Source: a virus
Lineage: Duplodnaviria > Caudoviricetes
DNA length: 32,590 nucleotides
IMG/VR virus record: IMGVR_UViG_3300010273_000008
Coordinates: 1 to 32,590 of that record
Strand: one strand, 5' to 3'
Shown: in pieces, positions 1-8,407 of the stretch
Layout of the letters: each line of letters starts with the position of its first letter
Numbering within the stretch: the stretch's first letter is position 1
The notes under the pieces: generated by a model
What the model saw: the letters and a program-made list of their open reading frames with translations, nothing else
What the model was told of the DNA's origin: nothing
Database searches by the model: none
Translations under genes and position numbers: made by a program

Positions 1-216
1 AAACAAAAACAAGAAACGAATATCTTCTTCTGAATCGGTTAATGTATTTAAGTCCAAATTCTCAGAAAAAACCCAAGCAGCTCTTAGACTGCTAAGATTT
101 CTTGACTTAAACTCATTACCAATTTCTTTTTTAATATCGTTTCTATGTCCAACTTCACGTATTATATTTTTAAGTTTTTCTTTTAATTGAATTTCCTTGT
201 CTTTTATCAAACCCAT
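1..216 (-). CDS. 5' part of a hypothetical phage protein (runs off the window)
   Basis: Hand translation MGLIKDKEIQLKEKLKNIIREVGHRNDIKKEI...; GAAGGAG RBS; open to position 1. Confidence 0.7.
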   Translation of the reverse strand, partial: MGLIKDKEIQLKEKLKNIIREVGHRNDIKKEIGNEFKSRNLSSLRAAWVFSENLDLNTLTDSEEDIRFLFLF

Positions 217-257
217 CGACTCCTTCAAAATCAATATGTATTATATTATACTAATAA

Positions 258-569
258 TTATATCGCTAAGTCAATAGGTTTATTCATTATTTCCTTAATA
301 TTTTTAATATATTTATATTTTCTTTCCCCAATGGGTAGTTCATCAGGACTTATTTGATTAATACATAATTTCCTATTTGCATTAGATTCTACATTGTATT
401 TCTCTAATTTATTTAATGCTATTTGAGCATTTTCTTTTGTAGTATAAAATCTAGTTCCAATTAGTCCAGTATATGTAGTATATAACCACATATTTTCTTT
501 TTCATCCAGTAATTGAAACGAAAAAGATGATAAAAAATTCCCTGTTTCTGCATCTTTAATTACATACAT
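258..569 (-). CDS. hypothetical protein, probably SOS-regulated
   Basis: 103-aa ORF with AAGGAG RBS; LexA box and promoter directly upstream. Confidence 0.75.
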   Translation of the reverse strand: MYVIKDAETGNFLSSFSFQLLDEKENMWLYTTYTGLIGTRFYTTKENAQIALNKLEKYNVESNANRKLCINQISPDELPIGERKYKYIKNIKEIMNKPIDLAI

Positions 570-597
570 CTAACAACACTCCTTTTTAAAAAAGTTA

Positions 598-609
598 GAA
601 CATATGTTC
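598..609. promoter_or_regulatory. Firmicute LexA (Cheo/SOS) box
   Basis: GAAC-ATAT-GTTC matches GAAC-N4-GTTC; lies between the -10 (622-627) and the RBS. Confidence 0.7.
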
Positions 610-621
610 GGCACATAATAA

Positions 622-650
622 ATTATAATTCAATATTTTTATTATGACAA
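622..650 (-). promoter_or_regulatory. sigmaA promoter
   Basis: TTGTCA-17bp-TATAAT on minus strand. Confidence 0.6.
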
Positions 651-653
651 GTC

Positions 654-788
654 TTATTTTGAAATTATGCTATTATTAACCCATAATCCCATCTGAATTG
701 CAATCGCATTATTAATTTTACTCATAATATTTTCATTTAATTTACCCATATATTTTATAAGTCTAGATTTGTCTATAGTCCTAATTTG
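654..788 (-). pseudogene. mazF: 3' fragment of a second MazF/PemK gene interrupted by the IS
   Basis: QIRTIDKSRLIKYMGKLNENIMSKINNAIAIQMGL aligns with the C-terminus of the MazF at 2222-2593; begins exactly after the IS right end. Confidence 0.85.
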
Positions 789-897
789 GTGAACCTCCCA
801 CGACTGAAGTCGTAGGCTTCTTCCTGCTTCTTCGTCCTCGTAACCTACTAACTCCACAGGCGTAACTTCGGATAGTTCCTACCCTAGTTATATTAAT
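789..897 (-). ncRNA. TnpB omegaRNA/reRNA scaffold (guide extends into flank 788 to ~769)
   Basis: GC-richer structured segment between the tnpB stop and the IS end; established architecture of IS605 right ends. Confidence 0.7.
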
Positions 898-2010
898 TTA
901 TATAGTCATACTTAATTCTCTTAATCCTCGATGTAATATATTTTTAGCAGCATTTTCATCCCTTTGATGAATAGTACCACAATTTTCACATACCCATTCT
1001 CTTATTGATAATAATTTTACTTCTTTGTTTATATAACCACATTTTGAACAAGTCTGTGATGATGCAAACCATCTATTAATTTTATGATATATCCTACCAT
1101 ACCATTGTGCTTTGTATTCTAATTGTCTGCAAAATTCACCCCACGCTACATCTGATATTCTCTTAGCAAGATGTGGATTTTTTATCATATTCTTTACAGC
1201 TAAATCTTCGCTGATTATCACTTGGCTTTCGTTAATAATCTTTGAAGATAATTTATGCTGAAAATCCTTTCTAATGTTGCTTATTTTCTCATGTAACCTT
1301 GCTATTTTAATTCTTTGCTTATTCCAGTTTTTACTCCCTTTTTTCTTTTTAGCGATTTGTCTTTGTAGTTTTGCTAATTTGTTTTCATATTTTGATATTG
1401 CTTTAGGGTCTTCTATATGGTTATCATGATTATCTATTAGAAATTCTTTTAATCCTAAATCAAAAGCATATACATTGTTATTCTTTGGTAATTGTTCTAT
1501 TTCAGTATCAACTAATATAGATACAAAATATTTTCCACTAGGTACTTGACTTATAGTAGCTGATTTAATTTTACCATTAAATTTTCTGTGCAACTTACAT
1601 TTTACCCATTTAAGTTTAGGTAGTTTTATTTTATTATTATCAAAGTCTACTTCTATATTGTTGTTAGTAAAATTAGTTGTATAACTATATTTATGTGATT
1701 TTTTGCTTTTAAACTTAGGAAATCCAGAATGTTCTTTAAAAAACTTCTGAAAAGCATTATCCAAATCATAAATAGTATTAGTTAAGGCAAATTTATCTAC
1801 TTCTTTAAGCCATACAAATTCGTTTTTTAGTTCTTTATTACAATGATTATTACAATCTATCTTAGATATATGTTTTTGTTCTGTTTTATATAATTCTATC
1901 TTTTTAGTAAGATAATAATTATATACAAACCTAACACAACCAAATGTCTTAGATAGTTGTATTTTTTGTTCTTCGTTAGGATATAAACGGTATTTGTATG
2001 CCTTTAACAT
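898..2010 (-). CDS. tnpB: RNA-guided endonuclease TnpB
   Basis: N-terminal [12 protein letters not shown]; RuvC-I AFDLGLK, Ruv[12 protein letters not shown], Zn finger CSKCG/CENCG, Ruv[13 protein letters not shown]; D/E/D all present; ATG at 2010 after AGGTGAG. Confidence 0.95.
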   Translation of the reverse strand: MLKAYKYRLYPNEEQKIQLSKTFGCVRFVYNYYLTKKIELYKTEQKHISKIDCNNHCNKELKNEFVWLKEVDKFALTNTIYDLDNAFQKFFKEHSGFPKFKSKKSHKYSYTTNFTNNNIEVDFDNNKIKLPKLKWVKCKLHRKFNGKIKSATISQVPSGKYFVSILVDTEIEQLPKNNNVYAFDLGLKEFLIDNHDNHIEDPKAISKYENKLAKLQRQIAKKKKGSKNWNKQRIKIARLHEKISNIRKDFQHKLSSKIINESQVIISEDLAVKNMIKNPHLAKRISDVAWGEFCRQLEYKAQWYGRIYHKINRWFASSQTCSKCGYINKEVKLLSIREWVCENCGTIHQRDENAAKNILHRGLRELSMTI

Positions 2011-2018
2011 AGATAAAC

Positions 2019-2220
2019 TCACCTACCTTTCTTTTGAGAATTAATATAGTTTCTTCAGTATTTTCACTAACAGTTGCTACGAAATAAGACGGATTCCATA
2101 AATGCCCGCCCCAAAGTTGTTTCTTTAATTCTGGGTATTGTTTAAGCAATAACCTTGCACTTACACCTTTTAATGCCTTAATAATATCTGGTATATAGTG
2201 TTGTGGATTACATTCTATAA
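2019..2220 (-). pseudogene. tnpA: IS200 transposase TnpA (Y1) C-terminal remnant, frameshifted
   Basis: FIECNPQHYIPDIIKALKGVSARLLLKQYPELKKQLWGGHLWNPSYFVATVSENTEE, then YINSQK in another frame; HUH motif lost. Confidence 0.9.
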
Positions 2221-2221
2221 A

Positions 2222-2593
2222 TCATATAATCGCAACATCTTTTAGTCCAACCTGAATTGCGATAGCTTCGTTAATTTGATTCATAATACTTTCGCTTATT
2301 CTACCAATATGCCTTATTAGTCTGCTTTTATCTATTGTTCTAATTTGCTCTACTAAAGTAATACTTCTACTTGGTAAACAAGGTTCATTCAATATAACGT
2401 GAGTAGGCAAATTGTTTTTTATACGACTTGTTAAAGGTACAATTGTAACAGTTGGAGAAAATTTATTACCTATATTGTTTTGTACTACCACTACTGGTCT
2501 TATCTCTCCTTGTTCACTACCAATTATACCTATCCTTAAATCTGCTATCCAAATATCTCCACGTCTAATTGTTGTATTCGCTGTTGCTGTCAT
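2222..2593 (-). CDS. mazF: MazF/PemK-family endoribonuclease toxin, no adjacent antitoxin
   Basis: RRGDIWIADL..GSEQGEIRPVVVVQNNIGNKFSPTVTIVPLTS..EQIRTIDKSRL; ATG at 2593 is 8 nt after AAGGGGG. Confidence 0.92.
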   Translation of the reverse strand: MTATANTTIRRGDIWIADLRIGIIGSEQGEIRPVVVVQNNIGNKFSPTVTIVPLTSRIKNNLPTHVILNEPCLPSRSITLVEQIRTIDKSRLIRHIGRISESIMNQINEAIAIQVGLKDVAII

Positions 2594-2692
2594 TACACAC
2601 ACCCCCTTGCTTTATATTTACATCATATCGCCCCCCTTTTATGTTTCATTATTATATTGCTATTTTTATGCATTATTGTTTTGGCTATAAAT

Positions 2693-2721
2693 ATTATAGC
2701 ATACTATGTCTTTTTTGTCAA
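2693..2721 (-). promoter_or_regulatory. sigmaA promoter for mazF (and now tnpB)
   Basis: TTGACA-17bp-TATAAT with extended -10 TG. Confidence 0.8.
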
Positions 2722-2776
2722 CATATTTTTTATACTAATATTATATAAATTATCGTTTTTATCTAAAGTTTTACAA

Positions 2777-3376
2777 TTACAGATTCCTGTTATATTTTAC
2801 TGGATTTCTTAATTTATAGTCTACATCTTGCCAATATTTGCTGTTATACGGTTCACCAGTTAGCCAAGTGAATATTGCTGTTATTTCATCTAAAGCAGTA
2901 TATTGTACATAAGCTGTTTTGTTGTTGTGTACATATTGTATAGATTTAGGTTTAACCTTACATTGTTCTGCTAATATATTGTTTACTGATTGAATCAATA
3001 TATAATTACCATATAGTCTTAACCTAAGCCTATAGTATTTCTCTTTATTTTTGCTAAAATTATTGTATGTTGTGCAATAATCTAAATAAGAATGTATTTC
3101 AAAATATGCTCTCATAAAATCTTTATAATCATCGAGCATAGGAATATCTCTTTGTTCTGAATTTCTTTCTGTCCATCCTGGCAAATCATCTGGAGTAATA
3201 GACGATGTTTTCAAAACATATTGCACCTTTCCACTTGTGCCAAGTTGCTCATATATACTGTTATTGCAATATTTTTGTATTTGCTCAAGAAAATATTTGT
3301 CTTGATGCCTAAATACAAATCTGTTATCTTGAAAACTGCCTATATTCCAAATGATACCCAATGCATAGTTATCCAT
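2777..3376 (-). CDS. degenerate LAGLIDADG (DOD) endonuclease-fold protein
   Basis: Two helix motifs YALGIIWNIGSF and FMRAYFEIHSYL resemble YxLGxxxADG and FxRGxFDGDG but lack the acidic catalytic residues. Confidence 0.55.
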   Translation of the reverse strand: MDNYALGIIWNIGSFQDNRFVFRHQDKYFLEQIQKYCNNSIYEQLGTSGKVQYVLKTSSITPDDLPGWTERNSEQRDIPMLDDYKDFMRAYFEIHSYLDYCTTYNNFSKNKEKYYRLRLRLYGNYILIQSVNNILAEQCKVKPKSIQYVHNNKTAYVQYTALDEITAIFTWLTGEPYNSKYWQDVDYKLRNPVKYNRNL

Positions 3377-3419
3377 AGATTATATTGTACCATAATTCTC
3401 TTGAATTTTCTCTACTAAT

Positions 3420-4304
3420 TTATTTACGTATCTCATATAATATTCTGTTATGCTCTATAGCTTCTTCTTTTCTACCTAGCATTTCAGCTACACCAACTGA
3501 AACACCTTGCATTTTATTAGACATTCTGTTATTGAAATCGTCTTCAATCCATTTTAGCAAATCAATATTTTTATTCTTTATTTCTTGTACTGCATCATCT
3601 ATTCTGGATATAGAACATATTGGATATACATATTCATTTATTTGAACATAGGCTTTATCATAATCTTGAGTCTTGTTTTTTATCGCATAAAACTTATATC
3701 CATCTACTTCTTTCAGAAACGTCATTCGTTTACGCTGTATTCCATCACTATGAACGCATTTACCTAATATGTTATTTTTATTCTGCTCTTTTTTCTCTTT
3801 GCTTTTTTGTTTCTGTTCTGTTATATAATAATTATAATCAATAGCATTGTTTATATCTTCTGGTTTAACTTTTACTCCACACACTAAACCAACAATATTA
3901 TTTTCTTTATCATATATTACAAGCGGAGCATACTTTGAGGCCTTTGTATCATAATATAATTTACACTTTAATGATGTAAAGAAATTATAATATTCTTCTC
4001 TAATTGCAATTTCATTACTGTTAATTACTATATTATATTTTTCACCACTTGAAGAAACAAAATTTATATTAATAGACTTAGGAATGTATTCTTCAACATC
4101 CATGTCAGGCTCTCTTTTTATTATATCATTCAATATATTAACCACGCTTTTTGCCAATTGTTCATTTGTTTCAAAAGTATCAATAAATTCATTCTGCTTT
4201 TTAGTTAACAATGAACGTTTAATTATAAAGTGTGCATTTGAAACATATTCGCTGTTATGCACCTTTTTATCTTTGAAAAAATTTTTAAAATTGTATCCTG
4301 CCAT
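3420..4304 (-). CDS. hypothetical protein (294 aa)
   Basis: Long ORF with GGAGG RBS. Confidence 0.8.
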   Translation of the reverse strand: MAGYNFKNFFKDKKVHNSEYVSNAHFIIKRSLLTKKQNEFIDTFETNEQLAKSVVNILNDIIKREPDMDVEEYIPKSININFVSSSGEKYNIVINSNEIAIREEYYNFFTSLKCKLYYDTKASKYAPLVIYDKENNIVGLVCGVKVKPEDINNAIDYNYYITEQKQKSKEKKEQNKNNILGKCVHSDGIQRKRMTFLKEVDGYKFYAIKNKTQDYDKAYVQINEYVYPICSISRIDDAVQEIKNKNIDLLKWIEDDFNNRMSNKMQGVSVGVAEMLGRKEEAIEHNRILYEIRK

Positions 4305-4306
4305 TG

Positions 4307-4651
4307 TTATTCCTCCAATCCTAGTTTCTCAATTTGTTTTTTGTAGTACCATTTGCCACCCTTATACCCTTCTTTTAGGTATTCGGCTCTATGTGTTCTG
4401 TATATGAGCAAAAATCCTTTAATTTGTTCTTCCTGCTCTTGTGTTATTTCTTCTGGACTCTTACCATATACCATACTGTATATTTCATGTGCTTTTTGCG
4501 TGTCTATTGATAGCGAATATGGTATATGCTTTTTGCTTTTTCTTTTACCATTCGGATGAAAATTTGCATTATAATAATCCTGGTATGAGTGATTAGATAA
4601 TATATTATATATATCTATTTTAGCTTTTAATAGTGCTTGTTCTGTGAACAT
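4307..4651 (-). CDS. hypothetical protein
   Basis: ORF with GGAG RBS, co-oriented with neighbours. Confidence 0.75.
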   Translation of the reverse strand: MFTEQALLKAKIDIYNILSNHSYQDYYNANFHPNGKRKSKKHIPYSLSIDTQKAHEIYSMVYGKSPEEITQEQEEQIKGFLLIYRTHRAEYLKEGYKGGKWYYKKQIEKLGLEE

Positions 4652-4705
4652 TATATCAACTCCATTTTATATTTTTATTCAGGGAAGTTTTTTAGGCTTC
4701 CCCTG

Positions 4706-4909
4706 CTACCAATCCATTCCTTCGGCATCCTGCACTGCCGAAACCAAACCATCAAACAATTCGGATTCGCCTAATAATTGATAAAGACTAACTACTACTG
4801 AATATGGTACATCATATTCGTCTGCTAAATCTTGTAAGTATTCTTTTAAGCTGTTATAGCCGTTTTCCCTTAATGCTTCCATTGTTTCAGGTTTTAACAT
4901 TGTTATCAA
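4706..4909 (-). CDS. small acidic hypothetical protein
   Basis: ORF with AAGGAG RBS; probable start ATG at 4900. Confidence 0.75.
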   Translation of the reverse strand: MITMLKPETMEALRENGYNSLKEYLQDLADEYDVPYSVVVSLYQLLGESELFDGLVSAVQDAEGMDW

Positions 4910-4963
4910 CTCCTTTTGATTTTATGAATATATTGTAACAAAAATATGTCGTTATTTATTGTT

Positions 4964-5251
4964 TTATTTAATTTTAATCCTATATCTTTTGTCTATCCCA
5001 TATATAACTTCTTTAACTGTATAATTTTCTAGTATTAAAGCCAAATCTTTATACATTCTGGGAGATACTTCAATTTCTGCTCCATTTATTATTTGATTGT
5101 ACACTTGCTCTAATTTTTGCTGGTATTCCTGTTCAATAATATCACTGAATGTTAATTTATATCCTCTCATACTCTCTGTGCTATCTGCATAACTTTTTGC
5201 AAAATTAATTAACGCATTTACATTTTTTGTTGACACTGTTTGCCTTGACAT
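4964..5251 (-). CDS. hypothetical protein
   Basis: ORF with AAGGAG RBS. Confidence 0.75.
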   Translation of the reverse strand: MSRQTVSTKNVNALINFAKSYADSTESMRGYKLTFSDIIEQEYQQKLEQVYNQIINGAEIEVSPRMYKDLALILENYTVKEVIYGIDKRYRIKIK

Positions 5252-5296
5252 TTATATATCTCCTTTCTATTTACCATAAAATAATAATTTTATTGC

Positions 5297-5491
5297 TTAA
5301 AAATATGGTTTTTTACTAAATTCCTTCAACAAATCTTTTTCGCTAATTTCATGAGTTAACAACTTAACCATATCATCATCGGCTTCTTTTTTGTTGTCAT
5401 ATTCATTTAAAACCTTGCAAATCATATATTTACCCGTTGTTGTGCTGTGCATTATATAACATTTTTTTAACCCTTTGCTTATTATCTCCAT
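5297..5491 (-). CDS. hypothetical protein
   Basis: ORF with AGGAGG RBS, bounded by junction sites 5276 and 5516. Confidence 0.75.
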   Translation of the reverse strand: MEIISKGLKKCYIMHSTTTGKYMICKVLNEYDNKKEADDDMVKLLTHEISEKDLLKEFSKKPYF

Positions 5492-5533
5492 ATTAAAATC
5501 CTCCTTATAACTTGAATGAAAAATTGTTTTATT

Positions 5534-5836
5534 TTAACTACATTTCCTTTCAATAAACCAATCTATAGGCTTATTACATAGTTCAATATTACTCGGCTTA
5601 CTATTAAGATGTTTAATACTACCATCAAACATTGAATTACAATCTAAATCCAAATCATTGTAATTCTGTTCACATTCTAACCTTATAAATATAGCAAACA
5701 TATCGCCAGTACATTTTTTCCATATTTCTACTCTACTTTCAGGATACATTATAAGATATTCCTTTAAGTTTTGCCATTGTTTCTTTTCACAATCTATCGA
5801 ACATTTAATTCCACCAATTTGCAACCAATGAACCAT
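5534..5836 (-). CDS. hypothetical protein
   Basis: ORF with GGAGGTG RBS. Confidence 0.75.
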   Translation of the reverse strand: MVHWLQIGGIKCSIDCEKKQWQNLKEYLIMYPESRVEIWKKCTGDMFAIFIRLECEQNYNDLDLDCNSMFDGSIKHLNSKPSNIELCNKPIDWFIERKCS

Positions 5837-5851
5837 TTCACACCTCCAAAT

Positions 5852-6004
5852 TTATTTTATTTGTTTAATCCATGCTTTGGGAATCCATTGTTTTTTAGTA
5901 TACAATTTATAGTAACAATTACCATGATATTCTCGTATGTCAAGAATTTCATACCATACATCTCCTACCAATGCTAATTTGCCAATTTCATTTTTATTAA
6001 TCAT
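5852..6004 (-). CDS. small hypothetical protein (50 aa, not in ORF track)
   Basis: MINKNEIGKLALVGDVWYEILDIREYHG...; AAAGGA RBS. Confidence 0.65.
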   Translation of the reverse strand: MINKNEIGKLALVGDVWYEILDIREYHGNCYYKLYTKKQWIPKAWIKQIK

Positions 6005-6036
6005 AGTTACATCCTTTCTAAATAAAATTAATTGTT

Positions 6037-6210
6037 TTATATTGTTTTAACACAATCAGGATGACAACCCTCATATAACCCAAATTTCGTTTTTACATCT
6101 ACACGTTCAAAATCTTCGTTTACATCTCCTGCCCTGTATCCTATTATAACACCATCAATCCATTCATTTTCTTTTGTTTTGCTGTTATAAACCAATAATT
6201 TACATTTCAT
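6037..6210 (-). CDS. small hypothetical protein (57 aa, not in ORF track)
   Basis: MKCKLLVYNSKTKENEWIDGVIIGYRAGD...; AAGGAG RBS; stop inside junction site 6022. Confidence 0.7.
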   Translation of the reverse strand: MKCKLLVYNSKTKENEWIDGVIIGYRAGDVNEDFERVDVKTKFGLYEGCHPDCVKTI

Positions 6211-6241
6211 TTTTTAAACTCCTTTCAATCAAATTGTTATT

Positions 6242-6427
6242 TTAAACAAAAACCCAATAATATGGAGCATCAAACTTATTTAAAAACTCTTTTGATACTT
6301 CTCCTGCATAATTTTCAGTATCACACCATACTATTTTATATTTATCTTTTGTTTCATCAATTATTCTTGCTTCTCTGTAATAATCTCCCTTTCCATTTGG
6401 ATATACTAATATTTTTTTACCTATCAT
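6242..6427 (-). CDS. small hypothetical protein (beta-rich, possibly SH3/Tudor-like)
   Basis: AGGAGG RBS; stop inside junction site 6228. Confidence 0.7.
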   Translation of the reverse strand: MIGKKILVYPNGKGDYYREARIIDETKDKYKIVWCDTENYAGEVSKEFLNKFDAPYYWVFV

Positions 6428-6599
6428 TTTTATATACCTCCTGCAATTCCCAAATTTTAAACTCTAATTCTTGAAATTTATTTGCACAAATATCAATTGT
6501 ACTGTTTGAATAATCTAAACTGCTATAAACTTCTTGAGATAGTAATTTACATGTATTTACTATCTGCTCTAAAATATCTAAAATAGATTTATCGTTCAT
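6417..6599 (-). CDS. small hypothetical protein
   Basis: AGGAGG RBS. Confidence 0.7.
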   Translation of the reverse strand: MNDKSILDILEQIVNTCKLLSQEVYSSLDYSNSTIDICANKFQELEFKIWELQEVYKNDR

Positions 6600-6624
6600 T
6601 TCGTAATCCCCCTCCTATAAAGGA

Positions 6625-6969
6625 TTATTTTATGAAAAACTTATCTGTTCGTTTACAATATAATCTTTTGTCTGTTATACCTTTGCCGATAAATTTATTG
6701 TTTTGCTGATATTCTGACTTTTCACTAATATACATACTAGCTGAATATTTAAAATTTGTTGCAGCTTTAGAATGGTTTTTCCCTCCTAAATAACACATTA
6801 CTGCTTCTTTCAAAGAATCATATCCATAATTATATTCATTATTTGTCTTATTTCTAAATCTCCATCCATAATCTTCATCCTTCCAAAACATAACTTCTTC
6901 ATTTTCCCACATTCCTGACTTTGAGTTTTTTGTTAAAATAATTTCAGATGTTATTTCTTTATAATTCAT
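6625..6969 (-). CDS. hypothetical protein flanked by near-identical junction sites
   Basis: ORF between ataaaggattattttat (6617) and ataaaaggattattttat (6998). Confidence 0.75.
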   Translation of the reverse strand: MNYKEITSEIILTKNSKSGMWENEEVMFWKDEDYGWRFRNKTNNEYNYGYDSLKEAVMCYLGGKNHSKAATNFKYSASMYISEKSEYQQNNKFIGKGITDKRLYCKRTDKFFIK

Positions 6970-7011
6970 TATTACACCATCCTTCCTGTTATTTTGAATA
7001 AAAGGATTATT

Positions 7012-7200
7012 TTATATCAAATCAAGACTACTTTCATAAAAGGCTATTTCCTTGTCTAAAAATGCCCAATAACATATAACAAGCGTTTTCCCAGGAATTA
7101 GTTCTGTGTCTGTTATAATTTTTTTTACTATCCCTACATGTCCTTGAAAATCATCTACAGGATAATTTACTTCAACTCTATCGCCTATTTTAAAACCCAT
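7012..7200 (-). CDS. small SH3/KOW-like protein
   Basis: FKIGDRVEV..G.VG.V pattern; AGGAGG RBS. Confidence 0.65.
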   Translation of the reverse strand: MGFKIGDRVEVNYPVDDFQGHVGIVKKIITDTELIPGKTLVICYWAFLDKEIAFYESSLDLI

Positions 7201-7201
7201 A

Positions 7202-7393
7202 TTATAACCTCCTTATATTATAAATATCAATGTTTTTTTTTTTTATTTCTGTTATATTATTATTTTCTTTCCCAAATGCTTTCCTAAATTCTTCAATTAT
7301 ATCAGGTATCATCACTTTTGGTATTATGTAGAAAATTTCTGCTAGAAAAATTATTAATATTATCGTCCTTACAATTATATCCAAGTATTTCAT
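7202..7393 (-). CDS. small membrane protein
   Basis: One N-terminal hydrophobic helix; AGGAGG RBS. Confidence 0.7.
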   Translation of the reverse strand: MKYLDIIVRTIILIIFLAEIFYIIPKVMIPDIIEEFRKAFGKENNNITEIKKKNIDIYNIRRL

Positions 7394-7501
7394 CTTTATT
7401 ACCTCCTGTTATAGTTTCTTCCGGTTTTGGAATTTTACATCCACATTTACAACATATCCAATATTCGCTGAACGTATCAACGGCTTTATTGTGTTTTTAT
7501 C

Positions 7502-7577
7502 TGGTGACCCACCGGAGACTCGAACTCCGGACACCTTGATTAAAAGTCAAGTGCTCTACCGCCTGAGCTAGTGGGTC
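7502..7577 (-). tRNA. tRNA-Lys (UUU)
   Basis: GACCCAC acceptor stem, anticodon arm CTTGA-CTTTTAA-TCAAG, T loop GTTCGAG, encoded CCA. Confidence 0.97.
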
Positions 7578-7582
7578 ATATT

Positions 7583-7658
7583 TGGCTGGGATGGTAGGAC
7601 TCGAACCTACGAATGCTAGAGTCAAAGTCTAGTGCCTTACCCGCTTGGCTACATCCCA
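7583..7658 (-). tRNA. tRNA-Gln (UUG)
   Basis: TGGGATG acceptor stem, anticodon arm CTAGA-CTTTGAC-TCTAG, GGTTCGAG, encoded CCA. Confidence 0.97.
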
Positions 7659-7684
7659 CCATTAAAAAAGTAGTTATTTTATTT

Positions 7685-7828
7685 TTATACTCTACCCAAA
7701 AAACAATATCCTGCTTTATAACAAAATTCATATGCTTTTTGTCTTGCGTTTAAAAAATCTGTACTTTTTACTTCTAATATAAATATTTTGCCATCACTAT
7801 TATTTATCTTAAACTTAAATATTTCCAT
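7685..7828 (-). CDS. small hypothetical protein (47 aa, not in track)
   Basis: MEIFKFKINNSDGKIFILEVKS...; AGGAGG RBS. Confidence 0.65.
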   Translation of the reverse strand: MEIFKFKINNSDGKIFILEVKSTDFLNARQKAYEFCYKAGYCFLGRV

Positions 7829-7845
7829 TCTATTAACCTCCTATA

Positions 7846-8019
7846 TTAATCATTCCAATACTTATCAGCACATTTATTACAATATTGTTTACCGTTTATA
7901 ATGTTTACATTAGGCTGTTTTTTACCTTTTAGCCTGGAATATTTATCACCTAAATATTTTCCACATTCGCAACATTGATATTGTGTATTTGGAAAACTAC
8001 TTACTGATGAACCAATCAT
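7846..8019 (-). CDS. small zinc-finger protein (57 aa, not in track)
   Basis: CCECG...YCNKC; AAGGAGG RBS. Confidence 0.7.
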   Translation of the reverse strand: MIGSSVSSFPNTQYQCCECGKYLGDKYSRLKGKKQPNVNIINGKQYCNKCADKYWND

Positions 8020-8042
8020 ATTAATTATAACCTCCTTTTATA

Positions 8043-8387
8043 TTAATATTCTTCATTTCCAACATCCATACCTAAATAATACATATCCCTTTTGCCATAC
8101 CAAAAATGTTCTGATAAATCCTCTAACTTTTTTCTGCCTGCTTTTAGTGCTTCAAAATCATTTTTTATATCATCATTTGTATAATTCATATAACGATTAG
8201 TTGAAATAGTCAACCTAAATTCTCTTCTGCTTTGTATAAGCCCGTTTTTGCTTGTATTTTTTGCAATAGGATATGCTCCAATTGTTAAGCCATAAACATT
8301 TGGATATTCTGCTGTATTATGTTCACTCCAATCTTCCAGTTGAATTTTTGTTCCGTTCGGCATTATTGCACGCTCTAATATTTTCAT
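8043..8387 (-). CDS. hypothetical protein
   Basis: AAGGAGG RBS. Confidence 0.8.
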   Translation of the reverse strand: MKILERAIMPNGTKIQLEDWSEHNTAEYPNVYGLTIGAYPIAKNTSKNGLIQSRREFRLTISTNRYMNYTNDDIKNDFEALKAGRKKLEDLSEHFWYGKRDMYYLGMDVGNEEY

Positions 8388-8407
8388 TGTTACAACCTCC
8401 TTTTATA

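Larger units (their letters stand above)
789..2220 (-). mobile_element. IS200/IS605-family element, left end and 5' tnpA deleted
   Basis: tnpA remnant, tnpB, and right end with subterminal hairpin CCTACGAC-TTCA-GTCGTGGG followed by AGGTTCAC. Confidence 0.9.

Noticed and set aside
1-216. Assignment as an SPbeta YopQ/DndB-like protein
   Set aside because: Only a vague N-terminal resemblance; the diagnostic domain would lie outside the window.
654-857. 67-aa ORF from the track
   Set aside because: Chimera of the IS right end/omegaRNA and the mazF 3' fragment; no RBS.
789-2220. IStron (group I intron plus IS) that could splice to restore mazF
   Set aside because: The element ends in TTCAC rather than a terminal G, no intron core is visible, and the 5' part of the gene is missing.
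4680-4708. Fourth pseudoknot
   Set aside because: The crossing stem is only 3 bp; a simple hairpin explains it.
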